DNA from: a virus
Length of the DNA stretch: 54,742 nt
Virus record (IMG/VR): IMGVR_UViG_3300044299_001914
Coordinates: 1 to 54,742 of that record
Direction: 5' to 3' (one strand)
Shown: piece by piece, positions 34,333 through 42,701 of the stretch
Layout: each line of letters begins with the position of its first letter
Numbering within the stretch: the stretch's first letter is position 1
Notes under the pieces: model-generated
The model's database searches: none
Told to the model about the DNA's origin: nothing
The model's input: only the letters and a program-made list of their open reading frames with translations
Made by a program: the position numbers and the translations under genes

Positions 34333-36227
34333 CTTTTACCATCTGGTTTTATGTCTATCCTCGTGGCTCCTAATCTCCATCCTATTGATAAATTACCATT
34401 GTTAGATGCATCGTCATCAGATTCAAAACGCAAAGCTATTTGTCTTGAACGACTACGCACAAAGACTTGTTGAGTTGTTGCTGATATGGCATTTGTAGAA
34501 TTTGTGGTAAGAGAGTCGCCTGGAAAGTTTCTTGTTTTCAAAACAATGTTTACATTACCGTTGTTATCATCTTGTATAAATTTGTAATCTGGTATTATTC
34601 TTTTCAAAAAGCTAAATTGGTCGCCATCACCTATATCCATATCAGAGCTTTCTATAAACACATTTGTCATAGGAGATCCATCATCATCAAAACCTATTTC
34701 CTGTTTAAATAGATAACTGTTACCAACTGCTCTCGGATAATTTTCTATGCCAGAATCAAGCCAAGCTGTTCTAACTAATTGCCCATAAAACCATAAATTT
34801 TCTACATAATTATAGATTACATATCTATCTATTTCACTAGATGAGCTTGAACAATAGAACCACCCTATTTCACTTTTATCTTTTATGGTGAAAGCATGTA
34901 TTTTAAAAGATTGTGATAGGTTAATATCGTTAAAAACATAGTTATGCACTGAACAAGGTAAGGTTTGCACAGATCCGTTGTAGACATAAAAATTGTTGTA
35001 GCTCATCCAAAAAACGCCACTAGGGGCTGTTGTAGCAGCTTTTGGCCCTATAAGACCAGTTCCTTCGTTGATAAGGTTTATACCAAAAGTAAAGGGCGGC
35101 CCTATGAACTGCATACTGTAAAGAGCAGTATCTGTCCAAATTAAAGTTTCTTGTCTTGCTTTAACACCACCAATAATCGAAGAGCCGCTTGACAACCTCA
35201 ATGAACCTGCAGTGTTCGTTGTCAAGGGCTCAAAATCTAACTCATTTTCTTGATCACTAAAAGCCACTAACATAGGATCTATCGTCCCTGTTCTGGAGGA
35301 TCCAGATATAGGATCTGCACCTAAAACAATCAAATGTCTATCTTTTTCTGATGTTAAGACTTGTAATGCTTTTGTTGGCACTAAATTTGCACCAGATATA
35401 GCTGAAAGTTCAACAGCTCTTGTCGATAAACCACCAGATTCTAGCCATCTAAAAATACCACCGTTTCTCTGATTTATAATCAAATTTTCACCAAAGTTGT
35501 CATGTGTCCATAAACGCAATTGGTTTGTGTCTGATAAAGTTGCAGCTTGTCCAAACGCTCCTATACCCCATCCATTAGCACCCCAACCTGTACTAGGCAT
35601 ATAAATATCTAAACCAACATTAACTTGATATGTACCAACGACTGAAGAACCACCATTACCGCTATCAGAAGAGTTAGCCGTAACTGTTGTTCCGTCAGTG
35701 TCTTTTGCTTCAATTGTATAACTGTTTGTGTTAACTATGGTAGCTATTTGATACTCTTGATTAAGAACTGTAGCTGTAATATTGCCACCAAGCGAAGATG
35801 CACCACTAAAAGTCACAAAATCATTCTTCACTGCACCATGAGCAGTATCGGTCACTGTAATCGTAGCATCGCCATTACTAGCAGAAAAAGTCACATCACC
35901 TGCCGATGTGGTTAATCTAATCGGTGTGATATCATTAAAAGACCCACCTGACTCTATGTAATACTTAAGATGGCTACCTAATCCTAGGTATTTAGCTCCC
36001 TCTAATGATATCCAAGGATGTAATGCTCTTACTGTGCCTAAGTATGTATTAGATGTAAGTTTCTCCCAACCTCCAAACTTTTCTGGCCTACCTTTACGAA
36101 ACCTAACTAAATTACAGTCAAACCAACCGCCTTCATTATCATATGCGGTGCCCTCTCTATTTATTCCTGGTCTAAATGTAATCTTTTGTAAAGGCATATT
36201 AGATGTGATGCCACTCTTTGCCTTCAA
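34329..36227 (-). CDS. Putative tail / host-interaction structural protein (632 aa)
   Basis: Large beta-rich S/T/G/N ORF immediately downstream of the endolysin gene in the late operon. No enzymatic motif. Confidence 0.45.
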   Translation of the reverse strand: MKAKSGITSNMPLQKITFRPGINREGTAYDNEGGWFDCNLVRFRKGRPEKFGGWEKLTSNTYLGTVRALHPWISLEGAKYLGLGSHLKYYIESGGSFNDITPIRLTTSAGDVTFSASNGDATITVTDTAHGAVKNDFVTFSGASSLGGNITATVLNQEYQIATIVNTNSYTIEAKDTDGTTVTANSSDSGNGGSSVVGTYQVNVGLDIYMPSTGWGANGWGIGAFGQAATLSDTNQLRLWTHDNFGENLIINQRNGGIFRWLESGGLSTRAVELSAISGANLVPTKALQVLTSEKDRHLIVLGADPISGSSRTGTIDPMLVAFSDQENELDFEPLTTNTAGSLRLSSGSSIIGGVKARQETLIWTDTALYSMQFIGPPFTFGINLINEGTGLIGPKAATTAPSGVFWMSYNNFYVYNGSVQTLPCSVHNYVFNDINLSQSFKIHAFTIKDKSEIGWFYCSSSSSEIDRYVIYNYVENLWFYGQLVRTAWLDSGIENYPRAVGNSYLFKQEIGFDDDGSPMTNVFIESSDMDIGDGDQFSFLKRIIPDYKFIQDDNNGNVNIVLKTRNFPGDSLTTNSTNAISATTQQVFVRSRSRQIALRFESDDDASNNGNLSIGWRLGATRIDIKPDGKR

Positions 36228-36642
36228 ACAACAAAGACTCTGCTAGTCTTCTGCGCTCTAACCCCTCTAAAACTTTTCCGTTTGCTTTGTTCCATCTACG
36301 CATTTGATGTGGAGCTTCTTCTTTCTTGTTTTCATTTAATACTTTCAGCAGAGTGCTATTGTTTAGATTTGTTGGCCCCAAATTATAAGTCCATGCAACC
36401 AAAGCATCAAACTCATTTTGCGATAATGGTACATGAACTGCATTACTTACATAAGCACCATATACAGGAAGCTCTTCGTGTAACCACTCATCAGCTTGCT
36501 CCTGTGTACAAGTATCACCTTTTTTTACATTTTTAGTTCTACCGTATCCTATAGTCCAAACACCTGCACTGCATTTGTATGCCTCTAGCTCACACCCTTC
36601 AAATTTTTTTATTAAACTTGTGCCTTCTTGTGAAATTTGCAT
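36199..36642 (-). CDS. Endolysin, GH24 lysozyme (147 aa from the internal Met; the ORF extends to 36693)
   Basis: LIKKFEGCELEAYKCSAGVWTIGYGRT is the GH24 catalytic N-terminus. GAGGAGGAG lies 5 nt upstream of the ATG at 36642, which abuts the o-spanin stop. Confidence 0.85.
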   Translation of the reverse strand: MQISQEGTSLIKKFEGCELEAYKCSAGVWTIGYGRTKNVKKGDTCTQEQADEWLHEELPVYGAYVSNAVHVPLSQNEFDALVAWTYNLGPTNLNNSTLLKVLNENKKEEAPHQMRRWNKANGKVLEGLERRRLAESLLFEGKEWHHI

Positions 36643-36643
36643 A

Positions 36644-37027
36644 TTACTCCTCCTCTTTTGTCGTAGTAACTTCCCTATAATACACAACAACATCTTTTAA
36701 TTCACTTATATAGCGTTTAATTTCTTGCATGTTATATGCCATAACTTCGTAATCTGGCACTGTCATAGCTAGAAAAACAAGCTCTCCTTCTTGATTTTCT
36801 ATTATTGCAAACTGTTCTTCAAAATTTTCGGGTGTAATAGTAAGCCATCTAACCTCTCTAAGAGATATTTCTCTTGGCATAACTGGTTGTACAATTACCC
36901 TTTCTAAGGGTTTTGCGGTAACTTCTATTTGTTTAGTTGGAATCAGGCTGCAACTGCAAGCCATCATCAAGATCATCAACAGTGATGCTGATTTGCTCGA
37001 TATCTTCCATAATGTGTTTTGTACCAT
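36644..37027 (-). CDS. o-spanin (outer-membrane lipoprotein; 127 aa)
   Basis: Signal peptide with lipobox LMMAC|S. The gene starts inside the 3' end of the i-spanin gene (95-nt overlap), an overlapped spanin architecture next to the endolysin. Confidence 0.65.
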   Translation of the reverse strand: MVQNTLWKISSKSASLLMILMMACSCSLIPTKQIEVTAKPLERVIVQPVMPREISLREVRWLTITPENFEEQFAIIENQEGELVFLAMTVPDYEVMAYNMQEIKRYISELKDVVVYYREVTTTKEEE

Positions 37028-37331
37028 TATTTATCTTCCTTTGCATTTCAACTGGATCAGCTATGATTTTTGCACTTAACTGATAGTTTTGTATAAATTC
37101 TGTGTATCTTAACAACTCTCTTTGTGCTGCTTGACTTTTTTTTGATAACTCACTCATTTGTTGTGTTTGCAAGTCAAAATCGTTTTGTAGCGCTGTGATT
37201 GCTTCTTCTTGCGTTGCTATTGCACCCTCTAGCGCCTGATTATTTGCACTTAAAACCTTATTTTGATTGTATAAATAATAAGATGTAAAGCCTAAGGTAA
37301 GTATGATTGCTAATAAAAATTGTTGCATCAA
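36933..37331 (-). CDS. i-spanin (132 aa)
   Basis: N-terminal TM helix FLLAIILTLGFTSYYLY followed by Q/E/L-rich coiled coil, upstream of the o-spanin and endolysin. Confidence 0.65.
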   Translation of the reverse strand: MMQQFLLAIILTLGFTSYYLYNQNKVLSANNQALEGAIATQEEAITALQNDFDLQTQQMSELSKKSQAAQRELLRYTEFIQNYQLSAKIIADPVEMQRKINNGTKHIMEDIEQISITVDDLDDGLQLQPDSN

Positions 37332-37555
37332 GCGTCCTCAATAATGTAATTTAAGCCAGAAACACTTCTATACTCTACCACTTTGTCATTTACATCTCTA
37401 AACTTAAGATGTTTTTCTTTTTGTATTATTATTTTTTTTGAAATGTATGTTTTATCGTCTGAATCTCCATATTCTTTGTTGAAGGACACAGTAATTTTGT
37501 ACCTAGTAGAAAAATACTCACAGATCCAAATATATAATTTTTTAAAGTATTGCAT
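37328..37555 (-). CDS. Hypothetical protein (75 aa)
   Basis: ORF with an ATGA overlap to the i-spanin gene. Confidence 0.5.
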   Translation of the reverse strand: MQYFKKLYIWICEYFSTRYKITVSFNKEYGDSDDKTYISKKIIIQKEKHLKFRDVNDKVVEYRSVSGLNYIIEDA

Positions 37556-37734
37556 TATACAAATTTAGATAAAACTATAGATACTAAGATAAAAGGGTAG
37601 ACAGCCCATATCATGTTTTCTAATTTATCAAAACGTGCTGACCCATCTTCTAATCTTTGTTCTATATTTTTGTATCTTATAGAACATTCTTTTTCATGTG
37701 TTTCTATTTTGTTTAGTGCTTCTTGCGTACTCAT
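37555..37734 (-). CDS. Small tail-anchored membrane protein (59 aa; below the ORF-track cutoff)
   Basis: Hand translation gives MSTQEALNKIETHEKECSIRYKNIEQRLEDGSARFDKLENMIWAVYPFILVSIVLSKFV. ATGA overlap with the cyclase stop and TAATG overlap with the next gene. Confidence 0.5.
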   Translation of the reverse strand: MSTQEALNKIETHEKECSIRYKNIEQRLEDGSARFDKLENMIWAVYPFILVSIVLSKFV

Positions 37735-39479
37735 CTTGTTGTATAAATTGCTAAAGAGTGTTTTTTCCCTTTTACTTTTATTGGTTTTAATAATTTTAAC
37801 TCAAAACTACAAGATTTTTTAGTGTTATGACCTATTATTATGTCCACACCCACATCTTTGGTAGCACTTTCAAGTCTTGCTGCAGTATTTACTGCATCTC
37901 CTATTGCACTATAATCAAAACGTGTTTCACTACCCATATTACCTATTATGGCTTCTCCAGAATTTATGCCTATACCTATGTCTATTCCTAAATTGGATTG
38001 CTCCATGTCTGCCTTTATTTTCTGCGCTGCTAGTATGGCTTTATTCTCATGATCTTGTAGGTCTATTGGTGCGTTAAAAATAGCCATCATTGCATCACCT
38101 ATATATTTATCAACCATACCCCCATACTCTTTCACTGCATCTGCTTGTATTGTTAGGGCTTTGTTCATAATTCTAGTAACTTCTTCTGGCTCTAGCTTTT
38201 CTGATAAACTTGTAAAGCCTCGTACATCTGTAAATAAAAAGGTGCAATACTTTCTTTCACCACCTAGCTTTAGTAAGTTTGGAGTTTTTTGCAAAATTGC
38301 CACTTGTCTCGGGTCAAGATAGTGCTCAAACTGTTTTTTTATCTGTTGTCTAAGTTTGTATTGTTCTCTGAAGCGTAAATAGAAAGCAGTAGATCCTGCA
38401 ATGAATTGTGATATTAACGACCATGTTACATCTATAAGAAGGCTTTTTTGTATCAAATAATAGCCTAAAGTGCCCGTAGAGAGCATAATTGTTAAACCTA
38501 ATGTAATACCTAGGGTTATACCAAAACGGATTAATACAAGCCAAATTAGAGTCACTGTGAGCAAATATATTAGTATCTCAACGGCTAAAGAGTAATCAGG
38601 TATGTATGGACTATCTTGTATTAGAATTGATTCTGCTAAGGCTGCCTGTATTTTATGTGGCTCTAACAGACCAACAGGCGTAGCAATTTGTGGCATGACA
38701 CCTGCAGCAGTAACTCCAATTACAACAAATCTACCATTTACATCCATCTCCTCAAGATCTGTTTGTGGCGTGTCTACCCAACTTATCCATTTACGACCTA
38801 GACTATCTGTTTTGACTGGCGGTATGCCTCTTATTGATATTTCTTGTATACCATTATCATTGGTTTTTATAATGTAAGTTTTTATGCCAAACAAAGATTT
38901 ATAGATCTGTGTGCCAAAACTAGGTATCCAATCGTTATTAGGAGTTCGTACAAGCAATGGTATTCTTCTGACGAGCTGATCTATGTCAGTGGGAGCAATG
39001 GCCAAACCTTCGTATGAGTTTTGAGTAAGTAGAAGCAGGTTCTCCTTTACTCCCGTAGTCATTATACCACCTTTATCTTCACCTACAACAACAGTTCCAG
39101 GTGTTGACGGGTACACACCTTTGCCGTCTTCAAACATAGCAATGACTGAAGGTGCGTATCCCAATGATCTACCAAAGTCTTCATCTCCACCCATTCTGTC
39201 AGGCTGTGGAAAAGATATTGCCCAACCAACTCCAACAGCACCACGACCTAAAATTTCTAGGTTGATTTCTGCTAATCTTTGTCGTGGCAACGGCCAACCA
39301 CCTTCTTGTTCAACATTATCTTCAGTAATATTAAGAATCACAAAATTACCTGATGGGTCATAGTTTTTGACTAAAGCATCAAATGTTCTAAGTTTTATAA
39401 TTTCGGTTGGTGTGCTTTGAAATATAAGAGGTAGTGATAATAGTAATAACAAAGATAAATAAATTTTATATTTCATCAA
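37731..39479 (-). CDS. CHASE2-domain membrane sensor fused to a class III adenylate cyclase (582 aa)
   Basis: Signal/TM, ~280-aa extracytoplasmic region, then a 3-TM block (LAVEILIYLLTV...FIAGSTAFYL). The cyclase core is FLFTDVRGFT, VDKYIGDAMMAIF, GINSGEAIIGNMG, FDYSAIGDAVNTAARLES. Confidence 0.85.
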   Translation of the reverse strand: MMKYKIYLSLLLLLSLPLIFQSTPTEIIKLRTFDALVKNYDPSGNFVILNITEDNVEQEGGWPLPRQRLAEINLEILGRGAVGVGWAISFPQPDRMGGDEDFGRSLGYAPSVIAMFEDGKGVYPSTPGTVVVGEDKGGIMTTGVKENLLLLTQNSYEGLAIAPTDIDQLVRRIPLLVRTPNNDWIPSFGTQIYKSLFGIKTYIIKTNDNGIQEISIRGIPPVKTDSLGRKWISWVDTPQTDLEEMDVNGRFVVIGVTAAGVMPQIATPVGLLEPHKIQAALAESILIQDSPYIPDYSLAVEILIYLLTVTLIWLVLIRFGITLGITLGLTIMLSTGTLGYYLIQKSLLIDVTWSLISQFIAGSTAFYLRFREQYKLRQQIKKQFEHYLDPRQVAILQKTPNLLKLGGERKYCTFLFTDVRGFTSLSEKLEPEEVTRIMNKALTIQADAVKEYGGMVDKYIGDAMMAIFNAPIDLQDHENKAILAAQKIKADMEQSNLGIDIGIGINSGEAIIGNMGSETRFDYSAIGDAVNTAARLESATKDVGVDIIIGHNTKKSCSFELKLLKPIKVKGKKHSLAIYTTR

Positions 39480-40639
39480 CCACTCTGTTTTATCGTAATA
39501 ACACTACTGCTACCACCATTAATCTTGATAGTCTTTGAAACACCATCTTGAATTAAAATTACGGTGTAACTTGCAGATACATCTAAATCTAGTCTAGCAG
39601 TGTTATTTACAGATCTTATTAGGGTAAATCTATCGCCATCTATAAAAGAAATTATCTGAGTTTCTGTATCTTGACCAAACTTAGTTCCTGCTATGGCAAC
39701 TGATGTAACATCTTGTTGTAACTGATCCTCTTCTTCAGCAATCTCTAAAGCATCTAAAACATCTAATAAATCTTCAAGAAAATTTACATCAAGGTAATTT
39801 ATGTCTAATTCTGTAAACTCTAGATCTGCCTCATTGTCTAAAAAGTCCTCATCTAAATAATCTATATCTAAGTCATTAAAATCTAAAAAATCATTTGTAT
39901 TAAGAATAACTTCTTCAGCTTGCATTTCTACTGGCTCTGGCGGACTTACAATAAGCATGTTGTCAATAATATCTAAAGTTAGATCTAAAATTACTGGCTT
40001 ACTAGGTGCACTTTCAAATACGCTAACTGTAGTAGCTTGAAAAGGTTGATTTAGTATGACGCTGCCCGTTGCAGTGGTTACCTCTATTTCTCCACTGGAA
40101 AGACCAAGTGCATCTGGTAGCAATATTATTAGGGATGCTCCTAACTCATTTACTGTGGTTGTAAAGTCAGTGCCACGAATGGCTATATTCGCTGTGGGTG
40201 TTTTTAACGAGATGTTTTGTTTATCTATTCTATTTAAGTTACCTGTTATAAATCTTGTGGTACCTAGCGCAAAGGTAAGCGCCATCTTTGATTTAGATGG
40301 ATCTGGGTCATAAATATATTCGTCTATTACAAGTTGTGAGTGTTCTGTAAGTTTTACTTGGCTATCATCGAGAAAAGTTATAGCCATGCGCCCATTGTTA
40401 GTAATGGCCTCATCGTTATTTTGTATTACAAAATCTATACTAGCGTCATAAGGTATATCTCTTACAACGCTAGCTGAACCAGAAAGTTCAGAGATGTCAC
40501 CAATGTTAACAGCTTGTGCTTGTACCTTGGTCGTTTTGGATAACGCAAATATTGCTATTAGAAGTGTTGCTAATAATCTTAAGGTAATCCCTTGCCAAAG
40601 TAGAAGATTGTGTAACATCAATCGTGTTTGAACTGCCAT
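39476..40639 (-). CDS. Secreted FecR-domain protein with an acidic D/L-repeat linker (387 aa)
   Basis: Signal peptide LRLLATLLIAIFALSKTTKVQAQA. FecR-like SGSASVVRD..NNDEAITNNGRMAITFLDDSQVKLTEHSQLVIDEY. ATGA overlap with the cyclase gene. Confidence 0.7.
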   Translation of the reverse strand: MAVQTRLMLHNLLLWQGITLRLLATLLIAIFALSKTTKVQAQAVNIGDISELSGSASVVRDIPYDASIDFVIQNNDEAITNNGRMAITFLDDSQVKLTEHSQLVIDEYIYDPDPSKSKMALTFALGTTRFITGNLNRIDKQNISLKTPTANIAIRGTDFTTTVNELGASLIILLPDALGLSSGEIEVTTATGSVILNQPFQATTVSVFESAPSKPVILDLTLDIIDNMLIVSPPEPVEMQAEEVILNTNDFLDFNDLDIDYLDEDFLDNEADLEFTELDINYLDVNFLEDLLDVLDALEIAEEEDQLQQDVTSVAIAGTKFGQDTETQIISFIDGDRFTLIRSVNNTARLDLDVSASYTVILIQDGVSKTIKINGGSSSVITIKQSG

Positions 40640-41231
40640 CTAAATCAAGATAAAAATAACCACTGTCAGCAGATGTGGTGCCACCGTACCCGCTACCACT
40701 AAAATTTAATGTATTACTGCTACCATTTACATCGACATAGTTGATTGCATTTGCATAATCTATATCAAAATCAAACTCATTACTGCCACCAGTAACAATC
40801 CAATCTAGATCAAGATAAGACGCATCATCATCCTCAGCCACTGCTAAATCAAAGGTGTTACTTGATCCAGTGACATTTATATTCATATTAATATAATCTG
40901 AGTCAATAAGGCCTGTGCTATCTACAAGTATGTCAAAGACATTACTGTCACCTGTAAATTCAAAAAAGCCTGTAAAATTATCACCATCAATAGCATCAGA
41001 TCTAAATTTATTACTTGCACCTATTTGGTTTATGTCAAGTATCATTGACACACCATCAAGATCTAATGCAGTCATAGTGCCAGATGTAGCACTTGTACCA
41101 CCAATAAGGTTAGATCCACCTTGTTGCTCTAAATCTATGGTTGCAGAGTTTCCAGTTTGGTTTACATAAATTTCATTGTCCGCAACAACAGAAAGAGACA
41201 TAAATAAAAAAATGTTAATTAGTTTCTTCAT
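40506..41231 (-). CDS. Secreted curlin-like repeat protein (241 aa)
   Basis: Sec signal MKKLINIFLFMSLSVVA. VNQTGNSATIDLEQQGGSN fits the curlin Q-x-G-x-x-N-x-A-x3-Q pattern. About 8 degenerate xxGxSNxFDxxV repeats follow. Adjacent to csgG/csgF. Confidence 0.6.
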   Translation of the reverse strand: MKKLINIFLFMSLSVVADNEIYVNQTGNSATIDLEQQGGSNLIGGTSATSGTMTALDLDGVSMILDINQIGASNKFRSDAIDGDNFTGFFEFTGDSNVFDILVDSTGLIDSDYINMNINVTGSSNTFDLAVAEDDDASYLDLDWIVTGGSNEFDFDIDYANAINYVDVNGSSNTLNFSGSGYGGTTSADSGYFYLDLDGSSNTIDVTQSSTLARDYLKIISNTSNSNICVIQNDQGTSTSC

Positions 41232-42036
41232 ATTTCCAATACCCTCTTGTATTTCCTACGTTTATTATTTCTAAGACTGCACCTTCTATAGCTTTCATTA
41301 AAGCTATGGTTGTGCTTTCGTTGCGGGTGGCACCCGTTTCTATTTCAACCAACTCTGTGCCCATCTCTATGAATCTGAACACATCTTGAGATTGGCCATA
41401 ACTATAGATAGTTTTTTGTGACATGACCTCAATCAAAATTTCACCTGTAGCTACTGATACCATACGCAGACTAACACTTACGCTATCTTCTCGGTACTGC
41501 AAACTAGAGCCTATGCCCAAATATCTTGCGCCTAGTCCACCTGTAACTAAGTTACTATCATACGATACAACTGCACCTTCAAGCAAGACACCAGCAAAAA
41601 GCAGCGGCCCTAGAGCCTGGCTTTCACCAAGTTGTTCTCTTGTAGATCTAATTAGTTGTCTTTCTTTTGTAAGGTTATCAAGACCAACTCTCTCTACAAC
41701 ACGAAAGAAATTACCATTTGATGCATGTTTTAAAGACCTAATTAAAAGCGTGTGTGGTGCTTGTGTGATTGCAGATGAAAATAAAGCAAACTCACTATTG
41801 CTTTTTCTTTGTCCTGTTTGATCTGTAAAGGCAGTAGGATACACAGCAACGACAGGTTTGACTGCGGGAGCTGGTATATATGCTAGTTCGTCAGACTGCA
41901 ACGAATAAATACTATAATCGTGTAATCCTTTACTTTGGTATCTATCTGGTCTTGTATCTTTTACAACTTCTAGTATTGAACAACTAGAAAGAGAAATCAC
42001 CAAGAGGCAGTTCAATAGTCGTGGTAGAACCGTCAT
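41215..42036 (-). CDS. csgG: CsgG-family outer-membrane curli secretion channel lipoprotein (273 aa)
   Basis: Lipobox LVISLSSC|S. VAVYPTAFTDQTGQRKSN...FSSAITQAPHTLLIRSLKHASNGNFFRVVERVGLDNLTKERQLIRS matches the conserved CsgG core. Confidence 0.8.
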   Translation of the reverse strand: MTVLPRLLNCLLVISLSSCSILEVVKDTRPDRYQSKGLHDYSIYSLQSDELAYIPAPAVKPVVAVYPTAFTDQTGQRKSNSEFALFSSAITQAPHTLLIRSLKHASNGNFFRVVERVGLDNLTKERQLIRSTREQLGESQALGPLLFAGVLLEGAVVSYDSNLVTGGLGARYLGIGSSLQYREDSVSVSLRMVSVATGEILIEVMSQKTIYSYGQSQDVFRFIEMGTELVEIETGATRNESTTIALMKAIEGAVLEIINVGNTRGYWKYEETN

Positions 42037-42472
42037 TTGAGTTAAAAATAGTAAGAATTATCATACCGTCTTCAATCTTGTAAGATATTATATTACCTTC
42101 AAGTTCAAACGTGCCTTCAGTAGATTGTGTTTCGCCAAACATATTTTCTACAATCTGTCTGGATATTTGTGCGTAGATACGGCTTTCTAAGTTTCTAATA
42201 AATCTTGCAAGAGTTGTGTTCTCAGCATCTCTTTCTAATTCTTCTTGTAAAGCTTTGATCTCCTCTTTTATAGTCATCTTACGCATATGTTCTTGGTTTT
42301 CTATTGTTAAGTAATGAGAGCTGGTATTGATGCCACTAAAAGATGGAGACTTAAATTTAAAAGTTATAGTATCTGCTTGTGCACTTTGTATGAAGCCAAA
42401 AGTAAAAAGCATCATGCCGCACAAAATACTAAGTGCGTATAAATTATCTTTGTTTTTTTCTTTTTGCATCAT
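41984..42472 (-). CDS. csgF: CsgF-family curli assembly component (162 aa)
   Basis: Signal peptide ending SAQA, then the mature N-terminus TFKFKSPSFSGINTSS, which matches the CsgF F-x-F-x-N/S-P-x-F-G-G constriction motif. Adjacent to csgG. Confidence 0.7.
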   Translation of the reverse strand: MMQKEKNKDNLYALSILCGMMLFTFGFIQSAQADTITFKFKSPSFSGINTSSHYLTIENQEHMRKMTIKEEIKALQEELERDAENTTLARFIRNLESRIYAQISRQIVENMFGETQSTEGTFELEGNIISYKIEDGMIILTIFNSNDGSTTTIELPLGDFSF

Positions 42473-42701
42473 CTTGTTCTTTAAGTTTCACTACTGTATC
42501 AACTTTCTCTTTTAATCGTATCATATCTTGATCCAATAGGCGAAGTTGATCTGTTAACCTTATTATGGTCGTTTTCATTTCACTTACTGATGGATCTATA
42601 GTTTTAGTGATGGTTTGCCATACATAAAAAACAAAATATCCTAACCCTATAACCATAACAGTTGGAAAGCCAAACTTTTGCACCAGTACAACTATATCCA
42701 T
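42444..42701 (-). CDS. Membrane protein, N-terminal TM plus coiled coil (85 aa); holin/antiholin-class candidate
   Basis: GFPTVMVIGLGYFVFYVW TM helix, then a heptad-like region and a basic tail. Paralogous in architecture to the upstream gene. Confidence 0.4.
   Translation of the reverse strand: MDIVVLVQKFGFPTVMVIGLGYFVFYVWQTITKTIDPSVSEMKTTIIRLTDQLRLLDQDMIRLKEKVDTVVKLKEQDDAKRKKQR

Noticed and set aside
36643-36693. Upstream extension of the endolysin ORF (MLLCIIGKLLRQKRRSN...) as a SAR or signal sequence
   Set aside because: The extension overlaps the o-spanin 3' end and is not a convincing TM helix. The internal ATG at 36642 has a strong GAGGAGGAG RBS and abuts the o-spanin stop.
37731-39479. 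Reading the cyclase as a Pycsar/CBASS-type defence cyclase
   Set aside because: It has a CHASE2 extracytoplasmic sensor and the Lys/Asp adenine-specifying pair. No adjacent cNMP-binding effector is visible, and its neighbours are envelope proteins. A signalling adenylate cyclase is the simpler reading.
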